The notes beneath the pieces are model-generated. The model was not told the DNA's origin, did not search any database, and was given only the letters and a program-made list of their open reading frames with translations. Of a stretch of 64,000 nucleotides of DNA, positions 36,040 to 49,140 are shown in pieces (positions within the stretch are counted from its first letter, which is position 1; each line of letters starts with the position of its first letter). A program made the position numbers and the translations under genes. The stretch comes from Marsupella aquatica. Lineage: Eukaryota > Plantae > Marchantiophyta. The stretch lies in NCBI GenBank assembly GCA_973895155.1, contig OZ316896.1, forward strand, positions 21,457,643-21,521,642. The letters run 5' to 3'.

Positions 36040-37659
36040 ATGGTAGCTGATGCGCATGGACACCATGAACAACGAGATGGTCGATACGTCTTGAATCCTG
36101 AAGAGGCACGCATCGAGTATGGCGAAGAGATCGCTAGCAAGCTGAAGCTCAGTAAGAATGAGAAGTACGTGCTATGGCCACAACCGACGGACAGCCCGCA
36201 CGATCCTCAGAACTGGAGCGATGGCAAGAAAGCTCTCATGCTCTTCATCACCACCATCGCCGCGTTCGTCCCGGACTTCACCTCGGCAGTGGGCATCGCG
36301 ACGCTCTTCAACCTGGCGGCTCAATTCAAAACCTCCGTGAATAATATCAACAACCTGACCTCGAACTGGTCCATCTTCCTCATCGGGTTTGGCGGTGTTG
36401 CGGCCGTGCCCTTCATACGAAAGTTCGGTAGGCTTCCGGTGATGTTCTGGTCTCAAGTGTTGGGCCTCGCCTTTCAGCTCGGCTGCACTTTGTCTCCCAA
36501 CCTCACCACATTTGCGGCAATGCGCTGCCTAAACGGCTTCTTCTGCAACGCACCGCAGGTGTCTGGACTGTACACCATAGTGGACATGTTCCCCATCCAC
36601 CTCGTCCATCGCAAAGTTACCATTTGGACATTCGGCTACCTCGTCTCGCCCTTTGTCTCATCATGGTTGCTCGGATACCTCGCTGCACGCCAGAGCTGGC
36701 GATGGGCGTATGGAGTCTCGTCCATGTACTGCGGTTTCGTCGTCTTCATGATCGCATTTTTCTTCGAAGAGACTCTCTATGACCGCCACCTTCGGCCGAT
36801 TCCACCTCGCCCGACCAGCGGACTGCGGTACCGCATCGAGACTCTGCTCGGTGTGACCGGGTGGAAATTGAGAAAGTTCAGAACGCAGATGTGGCAATCA
36901 GCCTTCGACCTCTTCAACGTGCTCTGGCGTCCCCAATTCTTACTCATCGGCCTCTTTATGTTGCCCTCGTTCGGCTTCGCTATAGGAATCATCGTCACCA
37001 ATCCGGTCTTCTTGGGATCCCCCAAGCCCATAGGGTACGGATACAAGGCTGACATCGTGTCGACTCTCTTTCTGACTCCGATCATTGCGGTGATCCTAGG
37101 AGAGATACTAGCCAGATTGTTCAACCAGCTTGCGGTCAACATGAGCGTGCGACGGGACAAGGGTGTGTTCGAGTCCGAGGATATCTTGATCGGGACCGTC
37201 GTGGGGTTGCTTATTTACGTTGCTGGCATGGTCCTCTTCGGCTGGACCATTGAGCACAAGGCCAACATTACTGGCCTTATATTCGGCTGGGGAATGGTGA
37301 CCGCGGCCGTTGTGTTCATCAACGTGGCCTTATATTCCTACTCCGGCGTGAGCTTCCCTGGTCGAGAAGGGGAATGCAGCGCTCTACTCAATTTGTCTCG
37401 CGTTCTTGGAGGGTTCGCGGTTCCCTACTTCCAAGTCAAATGGGTCACGAAAAACGGTGCCCTGCAAGCGTTCGGATGCGAAGCAGCTATTGTTGCGGGG
37501 GTCTGGATGATTAGCATCCCCATCTTGTTCTGGAAAGGCAAGCGGATCAGGGAAATCTTCTCGATCAAGGGGCAATCTTCACAGTATACGTTTTTGGTTG
37601 GTAAATCAGCTCTCCAGAAGGATCCAAAGATTTCTGATATGTCCCAAGAGGGCGCATAA
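36040..37659 (+). CDS. Major facilitator superfamily transporter, fungal DHA1/HOL1-like, intronless (copy 2)
   Basis: 539 aa from ATG at 36040, colinear without indels with copy 1; same motifs. Confidence 0.9.
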   Translation: MVADAHGHHEQRDGRYVLNPEEARIEYGEEIASKLKLSKNEKYVLWPQPTDSPHDPQNWSDGKKALMLFITTIAAFVPDFTSAVGIATLFNLAAQFKTSVNNINNLTSNWSIFLIGFGGVAAVPFIRKFGRLPVMFWSQVLGLAFQLGCTLSPNLTTFAAMRCLNGFFCNAPQVSGLYTIVDMFPIHLVHRKVTIWTFGYLVSPFVSSWLLGYLAARQSWRWAYGVSSMYCGFVVFMIAFFFEETLYDRHLRPIPPRPTSGLRYRIETLLGVTGWKLRKFRTQMWQSAFDLFNVLWRPQFLLIGLFMLPSFGFAIGIIVTNPVFLGSPKPIGYGYKADIVSTLFLTPIIAVILGEILARLFNQLAVNMSVRRDKGVFESEDILIGTVVGLLIYVAGMVLFGWTIEHKANITGLIFGWGMVTAAVVFINVALYSYSGVSFPGREGECSALLNLSRVLGGFAVPYFQVKWVTKNGALQAFGCEAAIVAGVWMISIPILFWKGKRIREIFSIKGQSSQYTFLVGKSALQKDPKISDMSQEGA

Positions 37660-40600
37660 ATCATGGACCATTCGTTTAATCTTTCTTGTGGTCAGTTTAA
37701 TCATAAGGCACTCTCACAACAGTTTTCCAGTCAATTCGTTTGCACCATTCAGATCCAGTCTTGCAGAATTGCTGAGCGATCTGTACAAGGTGCAATTTAG
37801 AGAATGCGGTCTTTGGTTCTTTGACAGACAGAAAGAAAGGATTGAGACTGAGGTTTGCGCCAATAGAAAGTGTTAAATGTAAAATGCAAATCGAACAGCC
37901 CTCAATGGCTGCATCAGAGAGTGAGTGTAGCTTTTGACTGTGACATAAATATACAAAGCATTCATTGCCTTCAGTGTAACGTGGAATGAGAAACTGAGCC
38001 ACCTTTCGTTTCCACGAAATATGTGATAGATAGGCTCGGAAGTGGAAACGCAAGGTGTTCAATTCATATTGGAACAATATATTCCACGTTGGGTCTCATG
38101 AAGGAGACTGTACAGTTGGGGCCATAATTATGCAAGGAGACTGTACAGTTGGGGCCATAATTATGCCTTGAGACGCGAGTGGTGTAAAGTGTTGAATTCA
38201 TCGTAGAATAAGAAATCCCACCTTGGGTCTCATCAAGAAGACTGCAGTTGGGCCCATAATGTCTTGAGTATCTCCTTGAGACACAAGTGGCAGAATACTT
38301 CGTCAATATCGTATGTTTATTCTAATGCCTACCTATTTCAACTTATTCAAAAAGTATATCAATTGAAATCACATCAAATTGAAATCATATAAACTAATAT
38401 GGGAAATGAATATGAATTTATTGTAAAGTTTTAAACATTTGGTGAGGGGGAGAATCAATGCACAATAGTCTCAAACTGTGGAGCGAGGAGGCACAGGCCA
38501 AGGGATGCGGGCCATGGGAGAGTCATAAATATTTATAAGCTACTGTTTATATAATATTAGAAACACAAAATGTTGCATGGCTCATATGTGGCACATTGGT
38601 GGTGGTCTTCATTTGGTACTGAAAGGTAGAGGCCTCAAGCGCTGCCCTCAATTATAAACTTCAAGAGAGATGCAAGGGCCAGCTGCAAGCTGAATATTAA
38701 AAGAGATTAAAAGGTGAGGTTCATATGGACTTACTTTGGCAGATCAAGAAATGAGAAAAACATGTATGAGTTGATTGAGTCCAACTTGTCCTTGCCCTTC
38801 ATTTGAGCTGATTTGAAGTGACTTGAAGTCATGCTGTGTTCATGGGACCTATTCATGAATCAGTTGATACATGTGCAATGGACGGGGCTGGATGCAACGT
38901 AGACCCTTGGATCAGGCATTTTGGGCAAACTTGCCTTCACAAGACTGCAGCAGCACATAATGCTTCAACTGAGAATATCCTAGTTTGCTTTCAGTGGGCC
39001 CTGACTTTTTTCTCACACACTACTGATATGTTATAACTGCAGGGTTTATCTTCTATCTTCTTACACATACTCTCAAATTGGTTTAGCCCTTGGTGAATTT
39101 TAGACAAGTTTTTATACCAGCCTAATTGAGAAGCCACCCGTCCATATTCGGTGGCACTCTTTATGGCTCTTGGTCATGATCGATCCTCTATCTTTTGATA
39201 CCTTTTTTGCACACTACCCTCAAATTGTTCTTAGCCTTCAGTTTTCCAAGTGTTTGGTCATTTGATAGCCTTGGTAAAAAGTGACAAAACACTGGAGGCA
39301 TGCCCTTTGTACCGCCCCCTTCCAATCGAGCCTAGGGTTGACAGTTGCTCGAGTCAAGAAACTGGTTGGGGCCTTCTTTGCGCATATGACCTCAAATTCC
39401 ACCGTGATTCAATTCTGCACAATGCAGGCTCACTATAGAAGAGAACTTAGAACAGGTTGCAAAATGGAGCTTTGAAATCGAAGCTGGATGTTGGTTCGTA
39501 CTCCATGCCTGGAGTCACAGTCCAGGAATGGAGTCCCTCGTTTCTCAAAACGAAGCCTGACATTGAATCATTGTTTGCTATGTCAAAAGCGGCGAGGCTG
39601 TTGGACGATGCAAGAAGGTACGAGGTATGGATCTACTCGGTTGATTTTAGGATTGGACGCCCTTGATTAGTTGAGAATGATTTATAAGTTCAGAATCTTT
39701 TATGAATTTGAAAGTACAACCACCATGAAGTAAGATAGTGGACTTCGTGAAAATATTTCTAATCCAAAACAAGGTTTTAAGTAATGGAGATGTGCGGCAT
39801 GAAGAAGCTTGGGTAAGCCAGAATCTGTCGACCTTCTCATGGGGGGGAATCCAGATTTAACAGAGAAAGATGCTGTTAAGAAGACTCAGGATATCGTGGC
39901 TCCAAGTTGGAAGAAGAAACCACAGAACAACTTCTGCTAGGTCGAATTAAGCCAAGCAAATCTTGCTCACAAGTTTCCGCACAATCATACTGATGTGCTA
40001 CTCTGTTGACGGCCTGCGAAACGCAGATTGTCCTCTGGGCGAAAAAGCAATTTATTGTACGACTTTTGCCTGTTCAGCTTCTGGTAGGCAGCCACACATC
40101 TGGCACTCATGCACAACCCACAAATATACCCACGTACCGATCCACAACTATATATGCACAATATGCAGTACCAACCACTTAGCTTGCCAATCGCTTGTAA
40201 GTGATGCTACCCCATATGAATTGGCTTGGCCGGAGGTGGTCTCATGCAAAGGATCGTTTCTTCAACCGTAGTCATTCGGAGGTTAAATAACCACCGCGAC
40301 TTGTTCTGGCTACTCTTGAATCTTCCATGTAATCAACTGAAAACTGTTATATGTATGCACACGACAGCCTTTGTCTTGGATTGTCTTCATGCCAAACATG
40401 GATCTGCGGGTGAAGTGAAATTCAAAGGATGCAAATCATTCCCATCTGAGTGGATCAACGCATCCCGTGGTTACATCGCAAATCCAACTCAAGCGTTGTG
40501 GACCAGGCGTAGACTAGACACATCTCAAATGATGTCACTAATACCCTCAAAGTTGTGTCCACTCTTTGAAATCGACTCTGAGGGAAATTTAGATGTTATA

Positions 40601-43124
40601 AAATTACCATCACGGACACACAGTTCTTAGTTGTCATGTGCTAATTGAGGGTTCGATCCCGTGGGAAAGTGTAACAAAAATACAGCTACCTCAAATGACC
40701 GGTGTTCGTTCGTAAAGTGGCGCTCGACGGCAAAACATTTGTGTAAGGATGTAATGTCCAGAAATTAGAAGATATGCGGTTGCAAGTACTGGCAACCCTT
40801 TGATTCAGATGCAGAATTGAACAAGGTGACAAGTTCTGTAGGCTGTGTCGGGCCAGAAACTACATACAACCAGATCTTTGCTGAGCTTCCTAGAACGAGT
40901 AGCAAAGAGTATGAATCCACTTCAAAAGTTCAAGTCTCTCCTTTTGGTCTCGATCACCAATTTCCGTGATTGGTCATGTTATTGCGTGGTTGGTCATGTT
41001 ATTGAAAGACACAGCGGCCTGCAACGGCAATGGAAAGAATTGACACCATTTCCAAAGCACACCACAGGCAGCTAACAACGTGAATTCCGAAGCTCAACTT
41101 CAGCCCAAAACTAAGCCTCTCTGTTCAGCTACTCTTCCCTGCAGTTATTATGCTCCCTGTCCAGCACTAGCAGGCAAATTGAAAGCTCGATAATGTTCGC
41201 GAATTAGCAAGTAAGGGCCAGTTCTCGAAAGAAAATCGGCGTCCGTAAAGGGGGCAGCTTCAATCAGGCGCCCTGTGCTCATACTGTCTTACTAGCAATG
41301 GTACTATGTAGAAATGAAACATATCATGAGAGGAATGATCACTTTCGTGATCAATGGCACTCCTTGGATGGACTACTGTAGAGACCTCTCCGACCTCCAT
41401 GAGTTAATTAAACCTCAGAGGCATTTTTAAACCGATGCAACGCTGTAACAGAATTCAAAGACGTTACTCAAGCGTTAATATGGTCCTATCAGGTAGGTTG
41501 TCATAGTCGAATGAACACTCTGGCTCAAGGAAAGGGAAAACCCACGTAGCCGGCATTTGTGTTCTACATCGATAGCAAAGAGCGCTGCAAAAATCCCAAC
41601 ATTTGGTAATTTCGCAGGACATCCTAAGCATGGCGCGTTTCAGAAAAACATACGTGATACCTTCATCAGTCTTCAACAACGACTGAGCTAATAGTATAGT
41701 GTTGATGCCAACTTCACAGCAGCTCATATATTTTAAACTGATACAGAGCATTCAGTGATGGCACGTCATGAACGTTACAACTAACATATGCACCTTGTGC
41801 TCCTATCGTTTGCAAACTCAAAAACTCACCATATTGGAGCGAACGGAATGGGAGGTCAGATACCCAACAAGAGTACCGCCAAATAATCCTGACCTTCAAA
41901 ATCATTAAATTCATTCATCCATTACAATCGTAAGCAGAGTGCAGGATTCAATAACAAAAGCACCAGTCCAGTCGTAATAAGCTCACACGCAAGAGATGAA
42001 GACTGCAACTCAGTCGGCCTTGCTCCTTCCAGACGGTTAGGGCACCCACCGTCCCGTAGTCAACAGTGATACAATAATTAGCCCTCTCGTTCTCGAGCTT
42101 TCAGCGGTATCTTCCATCGACCCTCTGAACAAACTGGACCGTAGTGATTTATATCGAAAGGCTTCTGCTGGACAGCATTAGCCCACGACTCCAAGTGATG
42201 CTTGTTTCCACTACCGTCCAGCACAAGTAGCACAGGCACTCTGTCGAATGATATTTTGAGGACCAAGCAATGCAGTCAACATCCTCCGTTCATTTCAAGA
42301 CATTTAACGTATGGAGCAATGGAGTACGCTACAGTATCGTCCTCAATAGCTCCTGCATAGATCGAATAAGCAACTTTCAAAATCCCTGTATTGCGACAGG
42401 GCCGAGGAGGAGGAGCAAGCATAACGATCGGCATCCCATGGTGTGGTCGGAATTGTCCACATAGAGTGAAAGAGAACGACGCTCCTCCGTTGCCGCCGAC
42501 ATGCAGTCCGTTCCAGAACTTACAGCTCACGCAGACCTATACAGAATAGTTCGAAGACATGGTCCAGTTTACCTATCAAGTCATTCTTCCTCCTTTTCTT
42601 CACACAGCCTCGTGACAAAATTTTGATGACCCACAACCTCCATCACAGAGCAGAGTAGAGCAAAGCAAAGCAGAGCAGGCGGAGACCACTGGTGTCAGAA
42701 AACCCTCTGAGCTGGAGCAGAGATTTGACGGGCGTATTGCTCCTGAAAATCAATGCGTTGAGTTGGCAGCGTGTAACGAAACATGATTGAAAAATCATGT
42801 GGGTACTAGCGTAAGCTCAGTCAATTCATGCCAACATTTATTACAGCAGTCCTACTTTTGAGGTCAGATCCCCTCCCATTCCATCGCATCTTAGAAATAT
42901 TAGGGGTATGATCTGGGATATTTCTACAATATCTGTCACCAATATCACTTGAACAAAAGCCACGAACCGATCCTCTCGAGGGCAGTAGGGAAAGGGGGAC
43001 GCTCTAATGTTGACCTTGACCCATGATCAATGTAGTTTTGCGTTGGCTAATCCAGCGGAGTGAGTAGTCTTCCACTGAGAAAGAAAAGGGACAACATTAT
43101 GGAGTGCAGGGCAGCCAAATGGGT

Positions 43125-43679
43125 CTACTTGGCAGCCAGATACAGCGGCTGAGAATTGAATGTATTGAGACACTCCGGATTCTCGTCAAAATTGGGATGG
43201 ATGGGGTAAGAAGCCGAGATGTACCCGACCTCAAATTTGAGATTATTCTCTTGTACCGAAATGGCAGTGATCGACAGCCAAACAAAATAAATCTTCACCT
43301 GGATGCCGGACAAATCCTTAAGGCTTCCATAGGACAACTTTCCTGCGATTTTTTTAGAGTAAACCACAGGAAATGCGGAGGGAATGTCGATTTCGCACTT
43401 ATTGTCAAGATACACGGCAAATTTCCCGTTCTCCGCCAGCTCGTACCCTGTGACTGTATGCGGAAGAAGCCCAACAGGAAAACCATAGTTTTCCAGCTGC
43501 TGATATGCGTCCATGTATCCGTGACCGACATCTCCGAAAATGCCGACGTAGACCAAGCACAATAACAGAGCTAGTGACAGACTCTCTGTCAGCGACCTTC
43601 CATTCCGATGACCAATGCAGAAATCTCTCTGCCTTCTCGACATCGCGGCCACTTCGGCGCTTGGCCCTAACCAGCTCAT
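43125..43679 (-). CDS. DUF538 family protein (At5g01610-like), with hydrophobic N-terminal segment
   Basis: AYQQLENYGFPVGLLPHTVTGY...GKLSYGSLKDLSGIQVKIYFVWLSI...FEVG...F signature; start ATG 43679 or 43643. Confidence 0.9.
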   Translation of the reverse strand: MSWLGPSAEVAAMSRRQRDFCIGHRNGRSLTESLSLALLLCLVYVGIFGDVGHGYMDAYQQLENYGFPVGLLPHTVTGYELAENGKFAVYLDNKCEIDIPSAFPVVYSKKIAGKLSYGSLKDLSGIQVKIYFVWLSITAISVQENNLKFEVGYISASYPIHPNFDENPECLNTFNSQPLYLAAK

Positions 43680-46600
43680 CCTGCCCAAGATTAAATTCGG
43701 CGGAATGCACTATACGGAACAAGTCTGTAGGGGTGATATCCCCGAATAACCTATTCAACAAAGGGCAAATCACTCCAACTCGAAAACAGACGGCAATAAA
43801 CCACCACTAATGAGCATCAGCTTCAGCATCACCAGGCCAACGATGATCCCTTTCCAATGAACCCAGAATACGAAAACTGAACACGGCCCAGTTTTCTATC
43901 ACTCCACCACCGATATTGTCGACTCGACGAGCTGCCTACCGTGTCAGTCCAATGCGCCGGACCGATAGCTAGAAGTATTCGGCTCCACAGGTAGTAAGCA
44001 GCTCCAGGGACAACCCCAGCTCCCTCCAATGCGCTGTTCCTTCTCACTCGTGCAGCCCACAACTTCTCTGCGAGCTCCTTCTGCCCCTGGAAATTTGGAA
44101 AACCAAACGCGCCGGGTGATGCACTCTAGGCGATCTAGATTCCCAACGGTGCCACCGACAGCAAACAGAGCTCAACGGAAATCACTCGTCAGAATTCCTC
44201 CGGCACGATCTAAACTCTCTCCAACATCCTTGCTCCTCACGTGCGGACCACAACCTTACTGTGATCTCGTGCTTCCCCTCCCAGACAACCAGCCGACCAC
44301 CCACACCAACTGGAATTCTAGATCCCAGACGACGGCAGAGCGAGCGACAACGAGAGCCCGAAGTGAAAACACTCGCCACCAACTGAAAATCGAAGCCTGA
44401 CCCACAACTCACAAAGCTCGTCTTAGTTTTCCCTCTCGCCGGACGGTAACCGAGGTCTCCAACTTTCTCTGCAAACTCTGGATCCTCGACGATGCGAGCG
44501 AGACCGAGAGAGCTCCACTGAACCCAAAATCCTCGACTCCTGATGGGAATGCGAACGAGAAAAATCAAGGCTCACGTTTCGCTCGCTGCTCTTCGGACCA
44601 ACTCGCCCGGTGGTAAACGAGGTCTCGACCGACCTCTAGATCTTTCGATTCTCGAGGAAATGAGAAATGAGAGCTCGAGTGAATTGAATATCATTCGCAG
44701 AGCAATGCGAATGTCGATGTGAGAAAACTGGACCGGCACGTTTTGTCTTCCGATGCTTTTTCCCTTCACTCCTGTTCTCTGTTCTGCCATGTCCGGACTG
44801 GAGAGTGTTCGCTGATCGAGCGGCTCAAAACGTTTCTACTTCATAATTGGGAAAAACCTGAGATCCAACGGCTGAACATCCTCCCCCCGTCCTGGGACAC
44901 TTCTCCTGGAGCGAGTTTTATTGATCGGACGGCCGAAGAATTTTAAAGTAATGAATTTAAGATCCAACGGTGAGAGATTCTCCCCCAGTTTTCGGACCTG
45001 ACTTGCTGAATATAACCACATATTCCCGAATGTGCTCCTGACACGTCGCAAGCGGCCGTTTCTGACCGCTGACGCTGACGTGTTTAATAGGGTCACTCAA
45101 CCCGCAGCCTATCGCTTTGCAGATACTGGATTCTCGCTATTTTCGAGTTTCAGCTCTGGATTCTATGAATCCTCGCCGTTTATATCTGAAGGAACGGCTG
45201 AGATTTCCTTTTCGTAAATTTCCTCTAAAATGATAATTTCTAGGACCAATGGGGGGCTTTATATTCGTTCTTTCTTTGCTTGCAAAGCATGAGAATGATG
45301 AAGGGAGAATCTTGACGCAAGCGACAATCTGAGAACACGGAAGGACACGAGTCTAGAGCTTTTGCCCATTGCTATGTTAGGGGACGATGGGGCTTCGCGC
45401 ATAGACCTCCGTCGAGTCCACCATCGCTCATTGCTGTGACGGAGAGCTCAAGTTCCTGAACAAAGTAATGAAGCACAACTGTCACGAACTTCTCTGAATG
45501 TAACGAAGTATGAGACAACATTTTTACTCCACCGAAACTGATTTCTCGAGCTACAGCTCATCCTAGACTGCATCGAAGAGAGCTCGAAGAGAATGATGGC
45601 ACTGATGCTCTGTACTTTACTAAAATGATTTGTCTCAGTATTGAAGTACAGCTTCAAGCCTGGGGAACGGTCATGCAAGTCATGGGACAGTGACAAACGA
45701 GTGACGGAAAAGTGTTCCAACACCACACGATACAGTCCGGCAATTCCGACGGGAGTTGCGTAGTGGAGCCGGAAGGACATCCTGCAGAAGCAACCAAGGT
45801 TCCAAAATACTGCACGCATAGTGAATCCATGGGAATCAGCTGTGATTTACTCGTGGCGACTAAAAGTACTGTAGGCAGGTGCCTCGAGACTAATGCCTGG
45901 TGGTGCGATCCTGTTTCGACTTGTTTCTTGCCAGCCAAATTTTGTCAGCCAGGACGCAATCGAATCACATGTGTATCTGTCCTCGATTAATGCAAATTGA
46001 CATGCAGAGCTTTCCTGCAGGCCAGTATTTGATTATTTGCATCCATTCCTAACAGCTGTTGTACTTAGAACTCTCTCCCAGTCCCCACACTTATGTGATG
46101 TGGGTATAGCATTGTTGCTGACACCTTCAGCTTCTGTAATGTACTCTCATCGTCAAGTATTTCAGTTGTATTTTGAAAGTTGATCGATGTCGCTGGTTCT
46201 CATTTACTACCCAAAAATAATTGAACGATGTGCAGTGTACGCGAGGACAGAGACAGTTGAGGTTACCTCCCCTCTCTCAATTCATATCAGAAATGAACTC
46301 ACATAGTCCAGGATTTCGATTGCATTTTGAAAGTTGATCGATTCATATGTGAGAACATAGAAGGTAATTTGAGGTTCCTGTTCTCGATTAAAAGTGTGGG
46401 TGGCTACACAAGACGTTCATTGGGGATAGTTCCAACTTTTCCCTGGTCTCCAAGATGTGATCATGGCCATCCATTGGGGAGATCCAACTGCATTTCACTT
46501 TACAAACCCCGGTGGGCAATTTAGTCCAATATTGTTGTCTAACCCACATGGAATTAGTTGAGGACCCCTTGATTGTGTAACCTTGTTTTATTGAACCATT

Positions 46601-48099
46601 TTGAGCCACAAAGAGTTCTACTTTGGAATAGATAGATGTGAGGACAAAGATTCAATGGAATACTCTTAATTAAGTGAATTGGTAATTAGGCCATATTGCA
46701 TTGAAGACAAATAGGAGTATATTCATGGTAACACCCAAGGTAACTCTCCATGCAAAATGTTTCTGTTAGTATGATCTCTATGTGTATACAATACATGTGA
46801 CATTCCATATACAATACATGTGACATTCCATAAAGTTCATGCAAAATATTATTTTGGCCATAGTAATTTAAAGGTCTTAGAGTCCCTTTATATTCCTCTA
46901 CCCATAGTACTTATAGTGTTTCTTACTTTTGTTTGTTACTGCTCTATCCATAGTAGCCAATTAAAGGTTTGTTAAGTTAACTTGGTAAATGTATCCATAG
47001 TAGGTAGCCAAAGGGTTTCTTAAGTTACCTTTGATAATGTCAAAGAAGTTGAAATGTTTTATGGGTTTCTTATGTTACTTGGTAAATATTAGAGTAGTTG
47101 AAGAGTTTTTTCTATATGTGTCATTATTTCAAAAATATGTACATTAAATAGAAAATTGAAACAGATTACCAGAAAACATTAATATATCAATCATAACTCA
47201 TCCAAATATTATGTTAGTTCACCTTTATTTTACCTTTTCCTTTTTTACTTGAAATGTTAATTTTCAGTTTTTCATTGTTTTACAATTAGAGGGTCTAACT
47301 ATTTTTCTTTCTCTTGCCTCAAACACGACTAGTCAAATTTGGTTCTTCTTACATAACTAGCGGTTCTTGTTTGTGACAAATCATGCTGATGTGACTGCAT
47401 GTACATCCAGGAATTTTGGAACAAGCTTCCCTTGGGGGTCATATAATGAGTGGGGCCCAAATTTTGCTGGTGTGGAGCACATTTTTGTCCCTAGACCGCA
47501 CATAATTTTCAAATGCACTTAAGAGGGCTCAGGCTCAAAATTACAGTTCATAGGAAGAGTTACACTTCACTACTCTCATGCCACACCTTGAATGTCCACT
47601 ATGTACTCTATGATAATAAATCTCTCAAGTCTAGTAAGTGATTTTTGGCAAAACCTTGGGGACTTTAGTAAGAACTGAGAGAACCCACACAATCACTTAA
47701 CATGCTATAAACTTACAATGTAGCCCCTCTTGTTTGTTGGGGGGGGGGGGGGGGGCATTGAAAGGGGATTTGCAGCAATTATTAGGAGGGGGTTCATTGG
47801 GTGGTGGAGGGGGAGAGATATTCCTGCGGTGTGGGGTGGGGGACTGGAGAGGGGTTGAGGATGGGGTTCCAACTGCTTATCACCCCCAGAATTCCTCCCC
47901 TTAACCCCCATTATTTCCTAGATTGTTGGAGGAGATCTTGGCTGCTGAAAATTCTCCAGTAGTGAAGTTGTTGAGCCAGTTAGGCTTTAAGTTCTAGCTT
48001 GGGGGTCATGTGCAAGGGGCAGGCAACACATGGAACTTGCATTATCCTTTAGTCAGGATGAGGCATGGTCTTTGGGGAGGGAGTCTCAAGGGAATGTAG

Positions 48100-48800
48100 A
48101 GGGTAAAGTAGTGGGCTTATGTTTCTAGGCAGTGTGATCAGTAACAAAAACAGATTGACTACTGCTTCCCAAATTTATTCCCCTCCATAGAGTCAATTGA
48201 AAGGGTTCAGGAGAAAGTGAATTGAGGAGTAGAACTGATGCCAAATGTATCAAGGCAGGATTCCACTGCATAACATGGATAAGTGCAGTGAGGTTTGCCC
48301 AGGTGTCTTCCCGGGAGCCTGAATTGCAGTTAGACACGGTAGACTGTATTGGCCAAAAATGCAGCCAAAACGAGTGACTGAGTATAAAAAGTATCTATAT
48401 CACACTGCCACGAAAAGACAGGGAAGCCAAACCTGGAGACGTACAAACTCTCACAGGGCAAAAAGACCCAATAATGGTTAGTAGTGAATAGGGAAAGACC
48501 CCGAGAAAACCAAAGAGGCAAAAGAATTAAGGAGTCCTCCACCACAATGAAAAGTACACTAGAAGGGAACTAAGAACTAAAACCCTAGTGGGCAAAAAGC
48601 TAAAACGTATACTAGTAGAGCTAAAGAGTAAACTGGACAGGAGGGCCATGGAGGGGAATTTATTTAGAGGCCCTACAAAGAATGTTAAAACCCTGAGCCC
48701 ACTTTCCACTTTACCAAGAATGGTGAAAGTCTCAGCCCTCTGAAGTGCCACTGATACCCTTTGTCAAAAGAAGGCCATGAAGCTAGAAAGAGTTGTTGTA
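48100..48800 (-). mobile_element. Possible highly degenerate LINE remnant
   Basis: Broken frames reminiscent of the zf-RVT region (LRVLTFF..., HYWVFLPC); many stops and frameshifts. Confidence 0.25.
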
Positions 48801-48894
48801 CTGTAGATAAGCCATTTTTTCATGGGCAAAACTAGCTAATAACTTACCTCAAAAAAGCCCAGCTAATGATACTCAAGCTGAAATTAAAAAAAAT

Positions 48895-49140
48895 TATAAT
48901 CATGATAAGGGATCTCACATTTTCTCGTTATTCATCCCAATACAAAAAAGTTCCAGGGCGGGAAAAATCCATCGCCATTGGATTTGTTTGACTATTTTTT
49001 CTGACCATTGATAAAGAAAATGGGCACCCTTAAAACATATGTGTTTCCCCACACTACCCCATAAATGCCGCCCCCTAGCCCCCCCCCCCCCCCCCAACTC
49101 CCTATGGGCCGGGCCGGCTCTCCTTGCGCAATGCATTGGG
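48895..49140 (-). repeat. Dispersed repeat, inverted copy of 24955-25180
   Basis: Reverse-complement similarity, with an added poly-C tract at ~49079-49095. Confidence 0.85.

Larger units (their letters stand above)
34790..39370 (+). repeat. Segmental duplication copy B
   Basis: Colinear with copy A upstream, through and downstream of the MFS gene; lacks the 13.6-kb transposon and the 161-bp insertion. Confidence 0.85.

Noticed and set aside
39250-39670. Short ORFs, partly shared with 19047-19140, as a gene fragment
   Set aside because: Frames are broken and differ between duplicates; no recognisable motif
42078-42530. Two short minus-strand ORFs downstream of the DUF538 gene
   Set aside because: No recognisable domain or consistent splice structure; may be UTR or intergenic
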